Of a stretch of 64,000 nt of DNA, positions 10,224-20,401 are shown piece after piece. Below the pieces are notes generated by a model that was not told the origin of the DNA, searched no databases, and saw only the letters and a list, made by a program, of their open reading frames with translations. The stretch comes from Bacteroidales bacterium UBA4814 (GTDB lineage Bacteria > Bacteroidota > Bacteroidia > Bacteroidales > UBA7960): NCBI GenBank assembly GCA_002402465.1, contig DHFW01000049.1:294937-358936 (forward strand), written 5' to 3'. Both the position numbers and the translations under genes were made by a program. The first letter of the stretch is position 1; every line of letters starts with the position of its first letter.

Positions 10224-10328
10224 TATATGATTTGAGGAAAAACGTGGCAGCCGGTTTTTGTGCAGGTGGCCGCGTTTTTTTATGCCCTTTCGGGGAATTT
10301 TTATAAATTCAACAAAAAATTTTTCGCC

Positions 10329-11678
10329 ATGACCGGATTAAAAATTAACCTGGCAAAAACCAGCCAATTTATCAGCGACAACGAGATTGCACTTTTTGAA
10401 TCGGAGATTGAGCTGCACCGCACCAATATTTACAATAAGACCGGTGCCGGGAACGACTTTCTGGGCTGGGTCGACCTGCCTTCTTCCATTACACCCGATA
10501 TGCTTGCGCAAATTGAAGCCGACGCCTTTAAAATGCAGCAGCAGTCTGAGCTGGTGGTGGTTTGCGGCATTGGAGGGTCCTACCTGGGCGCCCGGGCCGT
10601 GATCGACGCCCTGAACAGCCCTTTTGCGGCCCTGCAAACCAACCAGGAGCGCAAGGCCCCACTGGTAATTTACGCCGGGCACCAGCTCGACGAGGATTAC
10701 ATGGATCATCTGCTAAAACTGCTCGACAAAAAAGACTACTCCGTAATTGTTATCAGTAAGTCGGGCACCACCACCGAACCGGCCGTGGCTTTTCGTCTGC
10801 TTAAGAGCCATCTTGAGAATAAATATGGTGAGGCGGCTGCCGCCAAGAGGATTTTTGCCGTGACCGATGCTTCAAAAGGTGCCCTTAAAAAACTCTCAAC
10901 CGCAAAAGGCTATAGCACCTATGTGATTCCTGACGATGTAGGCGGACGCTTCTCGGTGCTTACTCCGGTGGGCTTGCTGCCCATTGCCGTGGCAGGCATT
11001 GACATAGCCCAGCTGGTGGCCGGTGCAAAAACCATGGAAAAATTTCTCAGAGAGGAAGACCGCTACGATCATAATCCGGCCGCCCTTTATGCCATTGCCC
11101 GCAATATTCTTTACCGCAAGGGAAAAACCACCGAGATTCTGGCCAGCTACACTCCCTCGCTCAACTTCGTGGTGGAATGGTGGAAGCAACTTTACGGAGA
11201 GAGTGAGGGCAAGGATCAGAAAGGCATTTTTCCCGCGGGAGTGAGCTTTACTACCGACTTGCACTCCATGGGGCAATATATCCAGGATGGCCTGCGCAAC
11301 CTTTTCGAAACCGTGCTTACAGTCGAAAATTCCGCACGGAAAGTTGAAATTCCTAATGATCCTGATGACCTGGATGGGCTGAACTTCCTTGCGGGAAAAC
11401 GCATTGGCGAAGTAAACCGTATGGCGAGCCTGGGCACCATGATCGCCCATGTGGATGGGGAAGTACCCAACCTGGAGGTGATCATTCCAAAGCTGGATGC
11501 GTACCACTTGGGCGAACTTATTTATTTCTTCGAAATGGCCTGCGCCCTTAGTGGCTATATCTTGGAAGTGAATCCCTTCGACCAGCCCGGCGTGGAAGCC
11601 TACAAGAAAAACATGTTTGCACTGCTCGAAAAACCAGGCTTTGAAAAAGAGACTGCTGAGATCAGGAAAAGGTTGTAA
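10329..11678 (+). CDS. pgi: Glucose-6-phosphate isomerase
   Basis: Motifs ISKSGTTTEP, DVGGRFSVLTPVGLLP and GESEGKD. The ATG at 10329 (MTGLKINLAK) is the likely start; the track start at 10260 looks like an over-extension. Confidence 0.9.
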   Translation: MTGLKINLAKTSQFISDNEIALFESEIELHRTNIYNKTGAGNDFLGWVDLPSSITPDMLAQIEADAFKMQQQSELVVVCGIGGSYLGARAVIDALNSPFAALQTNQERKAPLVIYAGHQLDEDYMDHLLKLLDKKDYSVIVISKSGTTTEPAVAFRLLKSHLENKYGEAAAAKRIFAVTDASKGALKKLSTAKGYSTYVIPDDVGGRFSVLTPVGLLPIAVAGIDIAQLVAGAKTMEKFLREEDRYDHNPAALYAIARNILYRKGKTTEILASYTPSLNFVVEWWKQLYGESEGKDQKGIFPAGVSFTTDLHSMGQYIQDGLRNLFETVLTVENSARKVEIPNDPDDLDGLNFLAGKRIGEVNRMASLGTMIAHVDGEVPNLEVIIPKLDAYHLGELIYFFEMACALSGYILEVNPFDQPGVEAYKKNMFALLEKPGFEKETAEIRKRL

Positions 11679-11786
11679 GGGTTTGAGGATCAAAGTTTAA
11701 GGTTTCAGGTTGAAGTTTTCAAGCTAACTGAGCCAATAGCAAAAAGCCAACAGCTAAAGCTCTTTTCCTGATGACTGCCTACTGTT

Positions 11787-12362
11787 TTACCCATTCTTCT
11801 TCTGGTAGCATGCCCGGCACAGAGGTTCGTAGGCTTCGGTTTCGCCCAGCACCACCAGTTTTTCGCTCACAATGGTGCGGTGCGAATACTGTGCCAGGGC
11901 GCCGCATTCCACACACACGGCATGCACCTTGGTAATATATTCTGCCATGGCTAGCAGGGCGGGCATGGGCCCGAAAGGCTTGCCCTTGAAATCCATATCG
12001 AGACCTGCCACAATTACACGTATGCCGGCATTGGCCAGCTGATTGCACACGTGGGGCAGCTCCGGGTCGAAAAACTGGGCTTCGTCAATACCCACCACAT
12101 CTACATCGTTGGCCAGTAAAAGAATGTTTGAAGAGGAAGGTACGGGCGTCGACATGATTTCGCGGGCATCGTGCGAAACCACCATCTCCTCGTGGTACCG
12201 AACATCGATGGCCGGCTTAAAAATCTCCACCTTCAGGCGGGCAATCTTGGCTCGCTTCAGCCGGCGAATCAGCTCTTCGGTTTTGCCCGAAAACATGCTG
12301 CCGCAAATCACCTCAATCCAGCCACGGCGTCGCGAGCGATCTATGTCATTTTCAAGAAACAT
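11787..12362 (-). CDS. tdk: Thymidine kinase
   Basis: P-loop [14 protein letters not shown], plus C-terminal Cys pairs (CVECG, CRAC) for the zinc ribbon. The likely start is MFLEND at 12362; the track start is 12422. Confidence 0.9.
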   Translation of the reverse strand: MFLENDIDRSRRRGWIEVICGSMFSGKTEELIRRLKRAKIARLKVEIFKPAIDVRYHEEMVVSHDAREIMSTPVPSSSNILLLANDVDVVGIDEAQFFDPELPHVCNQLANAGIRVIVAGLDMDFKGKPFGPMPALLAMAEYITKVHAVCVECGALAQYSHRTIVSEKLVVLGETEAYEPLCRACYQKKNG

Positions 12363-12499
12363 GCAGCGTTTTTCTTTTATCTTTGTTACCTTTATGCGAA
12401 TTTTTTTGCCCGGTAAGCACAAAAATAAACATAAACTTTACACCATTCTGTATTGATTTTGATCTAAGTTTTTTGTAGAACCTTTTCTGTTTTTTCATT

Positions 12500-13339
12500 A
12501 TGCATCAAGAGATAAAAGACCGCATCATTCATTTGCTCGAAGAAATTGTGGAGCGTGCTCATGGCATTAACCAGCAAACCAGTCAGCACCCCGACCTGGA
12601 GATTGACCTGGTGATGGAGGACTTGCGCCTGCTTTACCGGGAGTTCGACCTGCTTCGGCGCAGGCAGCAAAATGTGTTTGAAAAACCCGAAGTGTCAGCC
12701 CAGGCAGCAGCCCCTGTAGCCGAAACTGCTGCTGTTGAACCGGAGCCCGAAGTGCCTGCTGAAGAACGGCCAGGCGAAGTACCTCTAGAGGAAGCGGAAC
12801 CCGAAGTTTCTGCGGAAGCAACTCCGGTACCTGAACCTGAACCTCATTCAGAATCAGAATCAGAATCAGAACCTCATCCCAAACCCGAGCCTGCTCCCGT
12901 GGAACATTTCGAGCCAAAGGCACCCAAAAAACCGGAGGTAAGCAACGCACCCCGCTCGCTGTTCGATTTGTTTTCGACCCAAGCCGCCGGCGACAGCGTG
13001 GGTGAACGCCTGGCAAGTGAAGACAACTCGTTGCACAAACGAATTGTGGCCCAGAAAGAAGACCGAAGCATAGGCACACGCCTGCAAATGACGCCCATAT
13101 CCAACCTCAAGGATGCCATTGGAGTGAATGAAAAGTTCCTTTTTATAAACGAACTCTTTGGTGGAAACATACAGGTGTACAATGAGTCCATTGCCCGCCT
13201 CAACGAATTTGGCAATATGCAGGCAGCCTTCGACTACCTCAACGAGCTTAACGACCTGCTTGGCTGGGACGAGAAACGCTCGGCCCAAACCATTGAAAAA
13301 TTGGCCAATTTTGTTCAGCGGCGTTATATGGATCGTTAG
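12500..13339 (+). CDS. Hypothetical protein with an acidic Pro/Glu-rich linker and a conserved-looking C-terminal domain
   Basis: 279 aa ORF with an ATG start. The central region is PEPEVPAEERPGEVPLEEAEPEVSAE...SESESESEPHPKPEP. I recognise no catalytic motif. Confidence 0.55.
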   Translation: MHQEIKDRIIHLLEEIVERAHGINQQTSQHPDLEIDLVMEDLRLLYREFDLLRRRQQNVFEKPEVSAQAAAPVAETAAVEPEPEVPAEERPGEVPLEEAEPEVSAEATPVPEPEPHSESESESEPHPKPEPAPVEHFEPKAPKKPEVSNAPRSLFDLFSTQAAGDSVGERLASEDNSLHKRIVAQKEDRSIGTRLQMTPISNLKDAIGVNEKFLFINELFGGNIQVYNESIARLNEFGNMQAAFDYLNELNDLLGWDEKRSAQTIEKLANFVQRRYMDR

Positions 13340-13359
13340 GGCTAATTTTTGGTGGAAAA

Positions 13360-14064
13360 ATGTCGAAGTTATACATTATACCCACGCCTATAGGTAACCT
13401 GGAAGACATGACCTTGCGGGCTATTCGTGTTTTGGGCGAAGTTGACCTGCTGCTGGCCGAAGACACCCGCACCACCGGAAAGCTGCTTCAGCATTACAAT
13501 CTGAAGGTGCCCATGATGGCTCATCATCAGCACAATGAGCATAAAACGCTGCAGAGCCTGATTGCCAAACTTAAATCGGGTATGAGCATTGCCCTTGCCA
13601 GCGATGCGGGCACCCCGGCCATATCCGATCCGGGCTTTTTGCTTGTGCGCGAATGTATTCGCGAAGGAATCGAAGTGGAGTGCTTGCCTGGTGCCACCGC
13701 TTTTGTGCCGGCACTGGTTAATTCTGGCCTGCCCAGCGAGCGTTTTTGCTTCGAAGGTTTTCTGCCACAGAAGAAGGGTCGAAGCACCCGCCTGGCTGCC
13801 CTGGCCGGCGAAACCCGCACCATGGTATTTTATGAGTCGCCCCACCGTCTGGTAAAAACCCTTCATGCTTTGGCCGAGTTCTTTGGTGCTGACCGCCAGG
13901 CCAGCGTGTCGCGCGAGCTCAGCAAGCTGTACGAGGAGAATGCCAGGGGCAGCCTGCAGGAGCTGGCCGCTCATTTTGAAAAGGGTACGGTTAAAGGGGA
14001 AATATGTATAGTGGTGGCCGGAGCCGGCTACAAAGAAAAGGCCGAAACTGAAAAGGAAAATTAA
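13360..14064 (+). CDS. rsmI: 16S rRNA (cytidine1402-2'-O)-methyltransferase
   Basis: [22 protein letters not shown]...LLAEDTR and FYESPHRL are tetrapyrrole-methylase-fold RsmI signatures. Confidence 0.9.
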   Translation: MSKLYIIPTPIGNLEDMTLRAIRVLGEVDLLLAEDTRTTGKLLQHYNLKVPMMAHHQHNEHKTLQSLIAKLKSGMSIALASDAGTPAISDPGFLLVRECIREGIEVECLPGATAFVPALVNSGLPSERFCFEGFLPQKKGRSTRLAALAGETRTMVFYESPHRLVKTLHALAEFFGADRQASVSRELSKLYEENARGSLQELAAHFEKGTVKGEICIVVAGAGYKEKAETEKEN

Positions 14065-15851
14065 TCGTCGAGTTTGAGTACGGCCATAAATGCCTGCTGG
14101 GGCACTTCCACATTCCCGATCTGACGCATACGCTTCTTGCCTTTCTTTTGTTTTTCCAGCAGTTTTCGCTTTCGCGTAATGTCACCGCCATAACATTTGG
14201 CCGTTACGTCTTTGCGAAGCGCCTTTACCGTTTCGCGGGCAATGATTTTTGAGCCGATGCCGGCCTGAATGGCAATGTCGAACTGCTGCCGCGGAATCAG
14301 CTGGCGCAGCTTCTCGCAGATACGCTTTCCAAAATCAAAGGCATTTTCGCGGTGGATTAAGGCAGAGAGGGCATCTACCTGGTCTCCGTTGAGCAAAATG
14401 TCGAGCTTCACCAGGTCGGAATGCTTGTAGCCGCTCGGGTGGTAGTCGAAAGAGGCATAGCCCCTTGAGATGGTCTTCAGGCGGTCGTAAAAATCGAAAA
14501 CGATTTCGGCAAGGGGCATTTCGAAGGTCATCTCCACCCGGTCGGTGGTAAGATACACCTGATTCTTTACAATGCCGCGCTTATCAAGACAAAGCGACAT
14601 AACTGCACCGATGTACTCTGATTTGGTAATGACCTGTGCCACGATGTAGGGCTCTTCGATGTAATCGAGTACATTGGGGCCGGGCAGGTCGGAAGGGTTG
14701 TTTACTACTATCATTTCGCCTTTGGTGGTAAAGGCATGGTACGATACGTTGGGCACCGTGTTGATCACGGTCATGTCGAATTCCCTTTCAAGGCGTTCCT
14801 GCACAATTTCCATATGCAGCATGCCCAGGAAGCCGCATCTGAAACCGAATCCCAAGGCCGCTGACGACTCGGGCTCGTAGGTAAGGGAGGCATCGTTGAG
14901 CTGCAGCTTTTCCATGGCCGTGCGTAACTCCTCAAAGTCATCGGTCTCAACCGGGTAAATGCCTGCAAAAACCATGGGCTTCACGTTTTCAAAACCCTGA
15001 ATGGCCTCTTTTACCGGACGCTTCACATGGGTGATGGTGTCACCCACTTTCACCTCCCGGGCATCCTTAATACCCGAGATGATATACCCCACATCGCCAG
15101 CCGAAATTACCGATTTGGGCACTTGGGCCAGCTTCAGCACCCCCACCTCGTCGGCTTCATACTCGCGGCGGGTATTCATAAACTTCACGTGGTCTTTGGC
15201 GCGGATCTGTCCGTTAATCACCCTGAAATATGCGATCACTCCCCTGAAGGGGTTATAGACCGAGTCGAAGATAAGGGCCTCCAGCGGGGCTTCGGGGTCA
15301 CCTTTTGGAGCCGGTATCCGCTTTACAATAGCCTCCAGGATAGCATCCACGCCAAACCCCGTTTTACCGCTGGCGGGTATGATATCATCGTGGTTACAAC
15401 CAATCAGGTCAACAATCTGGTCGGCCACCTCTTCGGGCATGGCGCCCGGGAGATCCATCTTGTTAAGCACTGGAATAATGACCAGGTCGTGATCCAGGGC
15501 CAGGTAAAGGTTTGAGATGGTTTGGGCTTCAATGCCCTGCGAAGCGTCGACAATAAGCAGTGCCCCTTCGCAGGCCGCAATGGAGCGAGACACCTCGTAG
15601 CTGAAGTCCACATGGCCCGGAGTGTCGATAAGGTTCAGTTTGTATTGCTGCCCTTCAAACTCATAGTCCATCTGTATGGCATGACTTTTTATGGTGATGC
15701 CGCGCTCACGTTCCAGGTCCATGTTGTCGAGCAACTGGTCTTTGAAGTCCCTGTCGCTAATGGTGTTGGTGGTTTGAAGCAGTCGGTCAGCCAGGGTGCT
15801 TTTTCCGTGGTCAATATGGGCAATAATACAAAAGTTCCTTATGTTTTTCAT
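14061..15851 (-). CDS. lepA: Translation elongation factor 4 (LepA)
   Basis: [33 protein letters not shown] and NKMD. The start is placed at the ATG at 15851; the track TTG at 15860 adds 3 codons. Confidence 0.97.
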   Translation of the reverse strand: MKNIRNFCIIAHIDHGKSTLADRLLQTTNTISDRDFKDQLLDNMDLERERGITIKSHAIQMDYEFEGQQYKLNLIDTPGHVDFSYEVSRSIAACEGALLIVDASQGIEAQTISNLYLALDHDLVIIPVLNKMDLPGAMPEEVADQIVDLIGCNHDDIIPASGKTGFGVDAILEAIVKRIPAPKGDPEAPLEALIFDSVYNPFRGVIAYFRVINGQIRAKDHVKFMNTRREYEADEVGVLKLAQVPKSVISAGDVGYIISGIKDAREVKVGDTITHVKRPVKEAIQGFENVKPMVFAGIYPVETDDFEELRTAMEKLQLNDASLTYEPESSAALGFGFRCGFLGMLHMEIVQERLEREFDMTVINTVPNVSYHAFTTKGEMIVVNNPSDLPGPNVLDYIEEPYIVAQVITKSEYIGAVMSLCLDKRGIVKNQVYLTTDRVEMTFEMPLAEIVFDFYDRLKTISRGYASFDYHPSGYKHSDLVKLDILLNGDQVDALSALIHRENAFDFGKRICEKLRQLIPRQQFDIAIQAGIGSKIIARETVKALRKDVTAKCYGGDITRKRKLLEKQKKGKKRMRQIGNVEVPQQAFMAVLKLDD

Positions 15852-15996
15852 AGCCTGCAAAATTACAATTAAAAAACCATATTTTTTTTAATTTTGGAGA
15901 TTACGGATTGCACAAAATAAAACACTAAGTTTAACCGTATTTATCAGTGAAAACCACTGCGCCGGATGCCAATCAGGTGCAAACAAAAATCTCTGC

Positions 15997-18054
15997 ATGT
16001 ATTATATTCGACTTTTTTCGTTTTCCATTCTTCTCACCCTCGCACTATCGGGTTTTTCCCAGGTAAACTTTCCCATTGATGTGCACAACGGCCAAACGGT
16101 AGAAACCTGCTCAGGCACTTTTTCTGACAGCGGCAGCAATTTTCAGACGCCTTATGGTCCCAACGAGGACTTCTCCGTGACCTTTTGCAGCAGCGATGGC
16201 CTTCAACCGGTGCTGGAAGTTTTTTTCGGGCAGTTTCAGCTTGGAAGCGGAGATGTGCTTTATGTGTATGATGGCCCCGATGCCACAGCCCCTTTGCTTT
16301 GGGAGGCTACGGGCAGCCAGTTGCAGGGACGCAGTGTGTATGCATCTGATGGGTGTTTGTATTTTCGCTTTGTGTCATCGCCATCAGAACAAGGAAATGG
16401 CTGGATGGCCTCCTTGCAGTGCCTGAGTATATGCGAAACATTTGTGGCAACCATTACGCCTGCAGCCGGAACCTTCGATTATTGCCCCGGGGTTGGCCTG
16501 GTCGATTTCAGTGCCTCAGCCACTTACCTGCCCGAAAATATTTCCTTCAACCCTTCCCAGCTCTCTTTTCAGTGGGCGCTGGAGGGCATGCAAATGAGCG
16601 GTCCCAATTTTTCAACTAATCTTTCTGATCCGGGGGCTTATTCTTTAACCCTTACTGCCACTGATCCGGTCAATGGCTGTCAGGCAACAGTTACCGAGGT
16701 CATAAAACTGGGCACCTTCCCCAGCTTTGACGGAACCATTGCCACTGTGGATACGGCCTGTTCGGGTGAAACTTTTTCGCTGTTTGGCGTGGTAACGCCG
16801 ACTATATGGACGGGATTTCCCACCTCAGTTAATGAAACGGTGGCCATCCCCGATGGTACTGGCGAGAGTTATGAGTCCTCCCTGGTATTCGATATTTTTG
16901 AAGAGGACGATATCATTCTTTCGCCCCTGGATATTGACCGCATTTGCCTGAATATTGAGCATGCCGTAAACGGGCAGTTGCAATTTGAGCTGGAATGCCC
17001 CAGTGGTAACCGCATCACCCTGAAAGAATACGGAACGGGAGCGGCCAACCTGGGCGAACCTGTGATCTGGGACGCGACCACGCCTGGCCTGGGTTACAAT
17101 TATTGCTTCTCGAGCGAACCGGCCTATGGTACCATGGGTCAAACCGCACCATTGTTTCATGAATACACAGACCAGGCGGGAAACTATTACTTCAATGCGG
17201 CCTATCTGCCAGCAGGCCTGTATACGCCCGACGAAAACCTCAATGCCCTGGTGGGTTGCCCCCTCAATGGCGAATGGACCCTCAGAGTTAAAGATCAGGT
17301 GCCTGGCGACAATGGCTTCATTTTCAGCTGGAGTTTGTTCTTCAGAGAAGATTTTTATCCCGACTCACTCATTTTCTTTCCGGAAATTGAACAGCGCAGA
17401 TGGTTTAAGGGAAGCACCCCCTTGCAAGGCAATCCGGTGGCCATCTCGGTGGAAGAGACCGGAAACCATAGCTTCCGCTTCGAGGTTACCGACAACTTTG
17501 GCTGCACTTTCGATACCACACTGGTGGTGTATGTAAGGCCGCTGCCCGAAGCCGAAATTCTTTCTGAATTGGAACTGCCCATCTGTGAAGGCGATTCAAC
17601 CCTGCTCACGGTTTCTGCTATCAACAACGTGAGCCCTGACTGGTCATTCCAATGGTCGTTTAACAATGTGGAAATTCCCGGTGCGGTACACGACACCCTC
17701 ATGGCCAAAAACCCGGGCATGTATATGGTTCAGGTTACAGATGCCGAAACAGGTTGCTTTAATTTTTTCGATATTTCGATGACCGAGCAAAACTGTGAGC
17801 TTATCATACCCAATGTGTTTACTCCCAATGGCGATGGCATAAACGACTTTTTTGAGATAATGAATCTGGAGCACTACCAGGCCCAAATGGTTATTTTTAA
17901 TCGCTGGGGGAAAAAGGTATTCGAACATTCCGATTACTATAACAACTGGTGGGATGGACGCGATGCCCCCAATGGCACCTACTTTTATGTGCTTACTTAC
18001 ACCCGTGGCGATGAGCGCAAGACGGCCGAAGGGGTTATTACCATCGTTCGCTGA
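15997..18054 (+). CDS. Secreted multidomain protein (CUB-like + proprotein-convertase P-domain-like) with a T9SS type-B C-terminal sorting domain
   Basis: It has an N-terminal signal peptide. The C-terminus IIPNVFTPNGDGINDFFEI...NRWGKKVF...WDGRD...GTYFYVL matches the gliding-motility-associated C-terminal domain. The middle region AIPDGTGESYESSL...ICLNIEHAVNGQLQFELECPSGNRITL is P-domain-like. Confidence 0.75.
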   Translation: MYYIRLFSFSILLTLALSGFSQVNFPIDVHNGQTVETCSGTFSDSGSNFQTPYGPNEDFSVTFCSSDGLQPVLEVFFGQFQLGSGDVLYVYDGPDATAPLLWEATGSQLQGRSVYASDGCLYFRFVSSPSEQGNGWMASLQCLSICETFVATITPAAGTFDYCPGVGLVDFSASATYLPENISFNPSQLSFQWALEGMQMSGPNFSTNLSDPGAYSLTLTATDPVNGCQATVTEVIKLGTFPSFDGTIATVDTACSGETFSLFGVVTPTIWTGFPTSVNETVAIPDGTGESYESSLVFDIFEEDDIILSPLDIDRICLNIEHAVNGQLQFELECPSGNRITLKEYGTGAANLGEPVIWDATTPGLGYNYCFSSEPAYGTMGQTAPLFHEYTDQAGNYYFNAAYLPAGLYTPDENLNALVGCPLNGEWTLRVKDQVPGDNGFIFSWSLFFREDFYPDSLIFFPEIEQRRWFKGSTPLQGNPVAISVEETGNHSFRFEVTDNFGCTFDTTLVVYVRPLPEAEILSELELPICEGDSTLLTVSAINNVSPDWSFQWSFNNVEIPGAVHDTLMAKNPGMYMVQVTDAETGCFNFFDISMTEQNCELIIPNVFTPNGDGINDFFEIMNLEHYQAQMVIFNRWGKKVFEHSDYYNNWWDGRDAPNGTYFYVLTYTRGDERKTAEGVITIVR

Positions 18055-18124
18055 CAAAAAGGCTGGTTTTTTGCCGCTGCTTATCTGACAATTTGGAGGT
18101 TTTTTTGTTATTCCTACAAAGGGC

Positions 18125-20401
18125 ATGCATTTTGACCGCATTTGCCCGTGCCATCGGTTGGCCCTCAAAAAAAAGATCGTTATGCTTCATCAAAAAGTTT
18201 TACAGGAATATCGCAAAATAGTTAGTTTGCTGCACACCCGCCAGGTGTACGATGCCATAGAGCGCCTTCGATTGCTGGTTAAGGAGTCGCAAAAAGAGTT
18301 TATCAACGACCGCCTCGATAACCTTTTGGAAACCTACCGCAATATTCTGAAGCATTCTTTTGCCGCGGCCCACGACCCCGAGCGCGAAAAGGTGTATCAT
18401 TACCTGATCCGCAGCCTGCTCGAGCTGGCCGACGAGCTCAAGGAAATTTTGCTTACCGATGCCCGTGGCAACAACACCTACCATATCAAAAGTACGTTGC
18501 TGCGTGAACGACGTCTCGAACGCCGCGAGGCACTGGCTTTTCTGGAGCAGCTTACCTTCGACAAGCAGCTCTCGGGTTTGCTCCAGGATGTGAATGTTGA
18601 GGATAGCAAGCAGATGCCTTTGCGCGAAGAGGCATTGGTAAAGATTTTCAATATTATTTGGCTTACCGACAAGTATTCGGATGCTGAGATTGAGCTGCTC
18701 AATGCGGCCTGCGACTCCAAAAAGCTTCCCTGGCACGACAAAGCGCTGATAGTGAGTGCCCTTACCCTGAGCCTGATACGGTATTTCGATGTCAACAAAT
18801 TTATCCTCCTGTTTCGCTTTGCCCAAAAGAAAGAAGAGCTGGTGTGGGAACGCGCCATGGTAGGCCTGTTCCTGGCTTTTCTCAAATACAACGACCGCTT
18901 TTATCTTTATCCTGTGTTGGAAGAAAAAACCATTGCTTTTCGCGATTTCCCTGACATTGAAAAGCAGATCGAAGCCATCGTAATTCAGTTTACCAAGTCG
19001 AAGGAAACCGAGAAAGTACGCCGGAAGTGGGAGGAGGAGATCATGCCTGCCATGCTTAAAATGCGGCCCAAAATTGAAGAAAAGCTGGAACTGGACCAGA
19101 TATTCAAGGAGGAGTTTGGCGAGGAGAAAAACCCCGACTGGGAAACGGTGTTTGAAGATGCCCCCGGCCTGCTCGACAAGCTGCAGGAGTTTACCGAGAT
19201 GCAGCTCGAAGGCATGGATGTGTTTATGAGCGCGTTTTCCCAGCTGAAAGGATTTCCGTTTTTTCGCGAAATAAGCAACTGGTTTGTGCCCTTCTATATT
19301 GAAAATGAGGCCATCCAATCGGGCCTGGGAGTCGCCAGCGGACAAACCGACCTGACACCTCTGGTGCAAAAGCTCGAAAAAAGCTACTTCATGTGCAACA
19401 GCGACAAGTACTCGTTTTGCCTCAACCTGGCCATGGTACCCGAGCAGCAAAAAGTAATGATGATGAATATGCTCAACAACGAAATGAGCAACTTCTCTGA
19501 AATAGAACAGGACGAAAATCTGCTCAACAGCTTTGCTGTCACCAAAAGCATTTATACTCAGTACTTTCAGGACCTATACCGCTTTTACAAAATCCACCCC
19601 TGGCGGCACGAATTTGATGACATTTTCCAGCTGGATATTGACCTGTACGAAACTGCCTTTGTAAAGCACTTGGTGTCGGGCCAGAAAACCATTCGAAACA
19701 TTGCCGAGCTGTTTTTCGATAAAAAGTTTTATGCTGATGCCCTGAAAGTATTTTTAGGAATATTGGAAAACGACAAGAGCAATATTGAGCTTTTCGAAAA
19801 AATTGCTTACTGCTACGAGAAAGAGGGTCAGTTCGAAAAGGCCTATGATTATTACCTGAGAGCCGACCTGATCGATTCCGATCGTCCATGGATTATACGC
19901 AAGCTTGCTTTTTGCAGTAAATACCTCCATCGCTGGGACGATGCCCTGCGTTACTATCGCCAATTAGAAAAAGCCGAGCCCGACGACTTAAAAGTACAGG
20001 CCAATATCGGGCAATGCCTGGTGCATCTGGAGCGCTACCAGGAAGCCCTCGATTATTACTTTAAAATTGAGGTGCTGGCACCCGAAAATCACCGCATTCG
20101 CCGACCCCTAGCCTGGTGCTCTTTCCTTATCGGAAAACTCGATACGGCCCAGGATTACCTGGAGCGCTTACTGGCCAGCGATCCTGAAAACCCGCACGAC
20201 TTGGAAAACCTCGGGCATGTGCTATGGTGCCAGGGCAAACCCGCAGAGGCACTGAAGGCCTACCAAAAGAGCCTCAGCCTTATGGGTAACTTCCAGGATT
20301 TCAGGGCTTCGTTCGACGAAGACCGCATACATCTTGAAAAATTCGGCATCAGCCAGTTCGACATGGACTTGATGCTCGATTTCATAAAAATGAAACCATA
20401 A
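18125..20401 (+). CDS. Tetratricopeptide-repeat protein with a large uncharacterised N-terminal region
   Basis: 758 aa. The C-terminal roughly 250 aa show TPR periodicity (ADALKVFLGIL..., YEKEGQFEKAYDYYLRA, ALRYYRQLEKAEPDD, YQEALDYYFK). An alternative ATG start lies at 18182. Confidence 0.7.
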   Translation: MHFDRICPCHRLALKKKIVMLHQKVLQEYRKIVSLLHTRQVYDAIERLRLLVKESQKEFINDRLDNLLETYRNILKHSFAAAHDPEREKVYHYLIRSLLELADELKEILLTDARGNNTYHIKSTLLRERRLERREALAFLEQLTFDKQLSGLLQDVNVEDSKQMPLREEALVKIFNIIWLTDKYSDAEIELLNAACDSKKLPWHDKALIVSALTLSLIRYFDVNKFILLFRFAQKKEELVWERAMVGLFLAFLKYNDRFYLYPVLEEKTIAFRDFPDIEKQIEAIVIQFTKSKETEKVRRKWEEEIMPAMLKMRPKIEEKLELDQIFKEEFGEEKNPDWETVFEDAPGLLDKLQEFTEMQLEGMDVFMSAFSQLKGFPFFREISNWFVPFYIENEAIQSGLGVASGQTDLTPLVQKLEKSYFMCNSDKYSFCLNLAMVPEQQKVMMMNMLNNEMSNFSEIEQDENLLNSFAVTKSIYTQYFQDLYRFYKIHPWRHEFDDIFQLDIDLYETAFVKHLVSGQKTIRNIAELFFDKKFYADALKVFLGILENDKSNIELFEKIAYCYEKEGQFEKAYDYYLRADLIDSDRPWIIRKLAFCSKYLHRWDDALRYYRQLEKAEPDDLKVQANIGQCLVHLERYQEALDYYFKIEVLAPENHRIRRPLAWCSFLIGKLDTAQDYLERLLASDPENPHDLENLGHVLWCQGKPAEALKAYQKSLSLMGNFQDFRASFDEDRIHLEKFGISQFDMDLMLDFIKMKP

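Noticed and set aside
10242-10281. A possible terminator after infB (ACGTGGC…GCCGCGT followed by T7).
   Set aside because: The stem is only 7 bp including a G-U pair, with a loop of about 20 nt. That is too weak to call with confidence.
14061-14064. Convergent rsmI and lepA sharing a palindromic TTAA as overlapping stop codons. metK and nadD also overlap convergently, by 11 nt (35558-35568).
   Set aside because: This is a compact-genome curiosity with no evidence of function.
18200-19450. Long antisense ORFs inside well-supported genes. They are 18200-19450 (416 aa), 25980-27422 (480 aa), 47800-48774 (324 aa), 38191-39093 (300 aa), 56448-57350 (300 aa), 10896-11693 (265 aa) and 25038-25805 (255 aa).
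   Set aside because: Each lies wholly opposite a gene with clear family motifs. Their translations are low-complexity or Gly/His/Val/Leu-rich with no recognisable motifs. Stop-poor antisense frames are expected from the codon bias of GC-normal genes.
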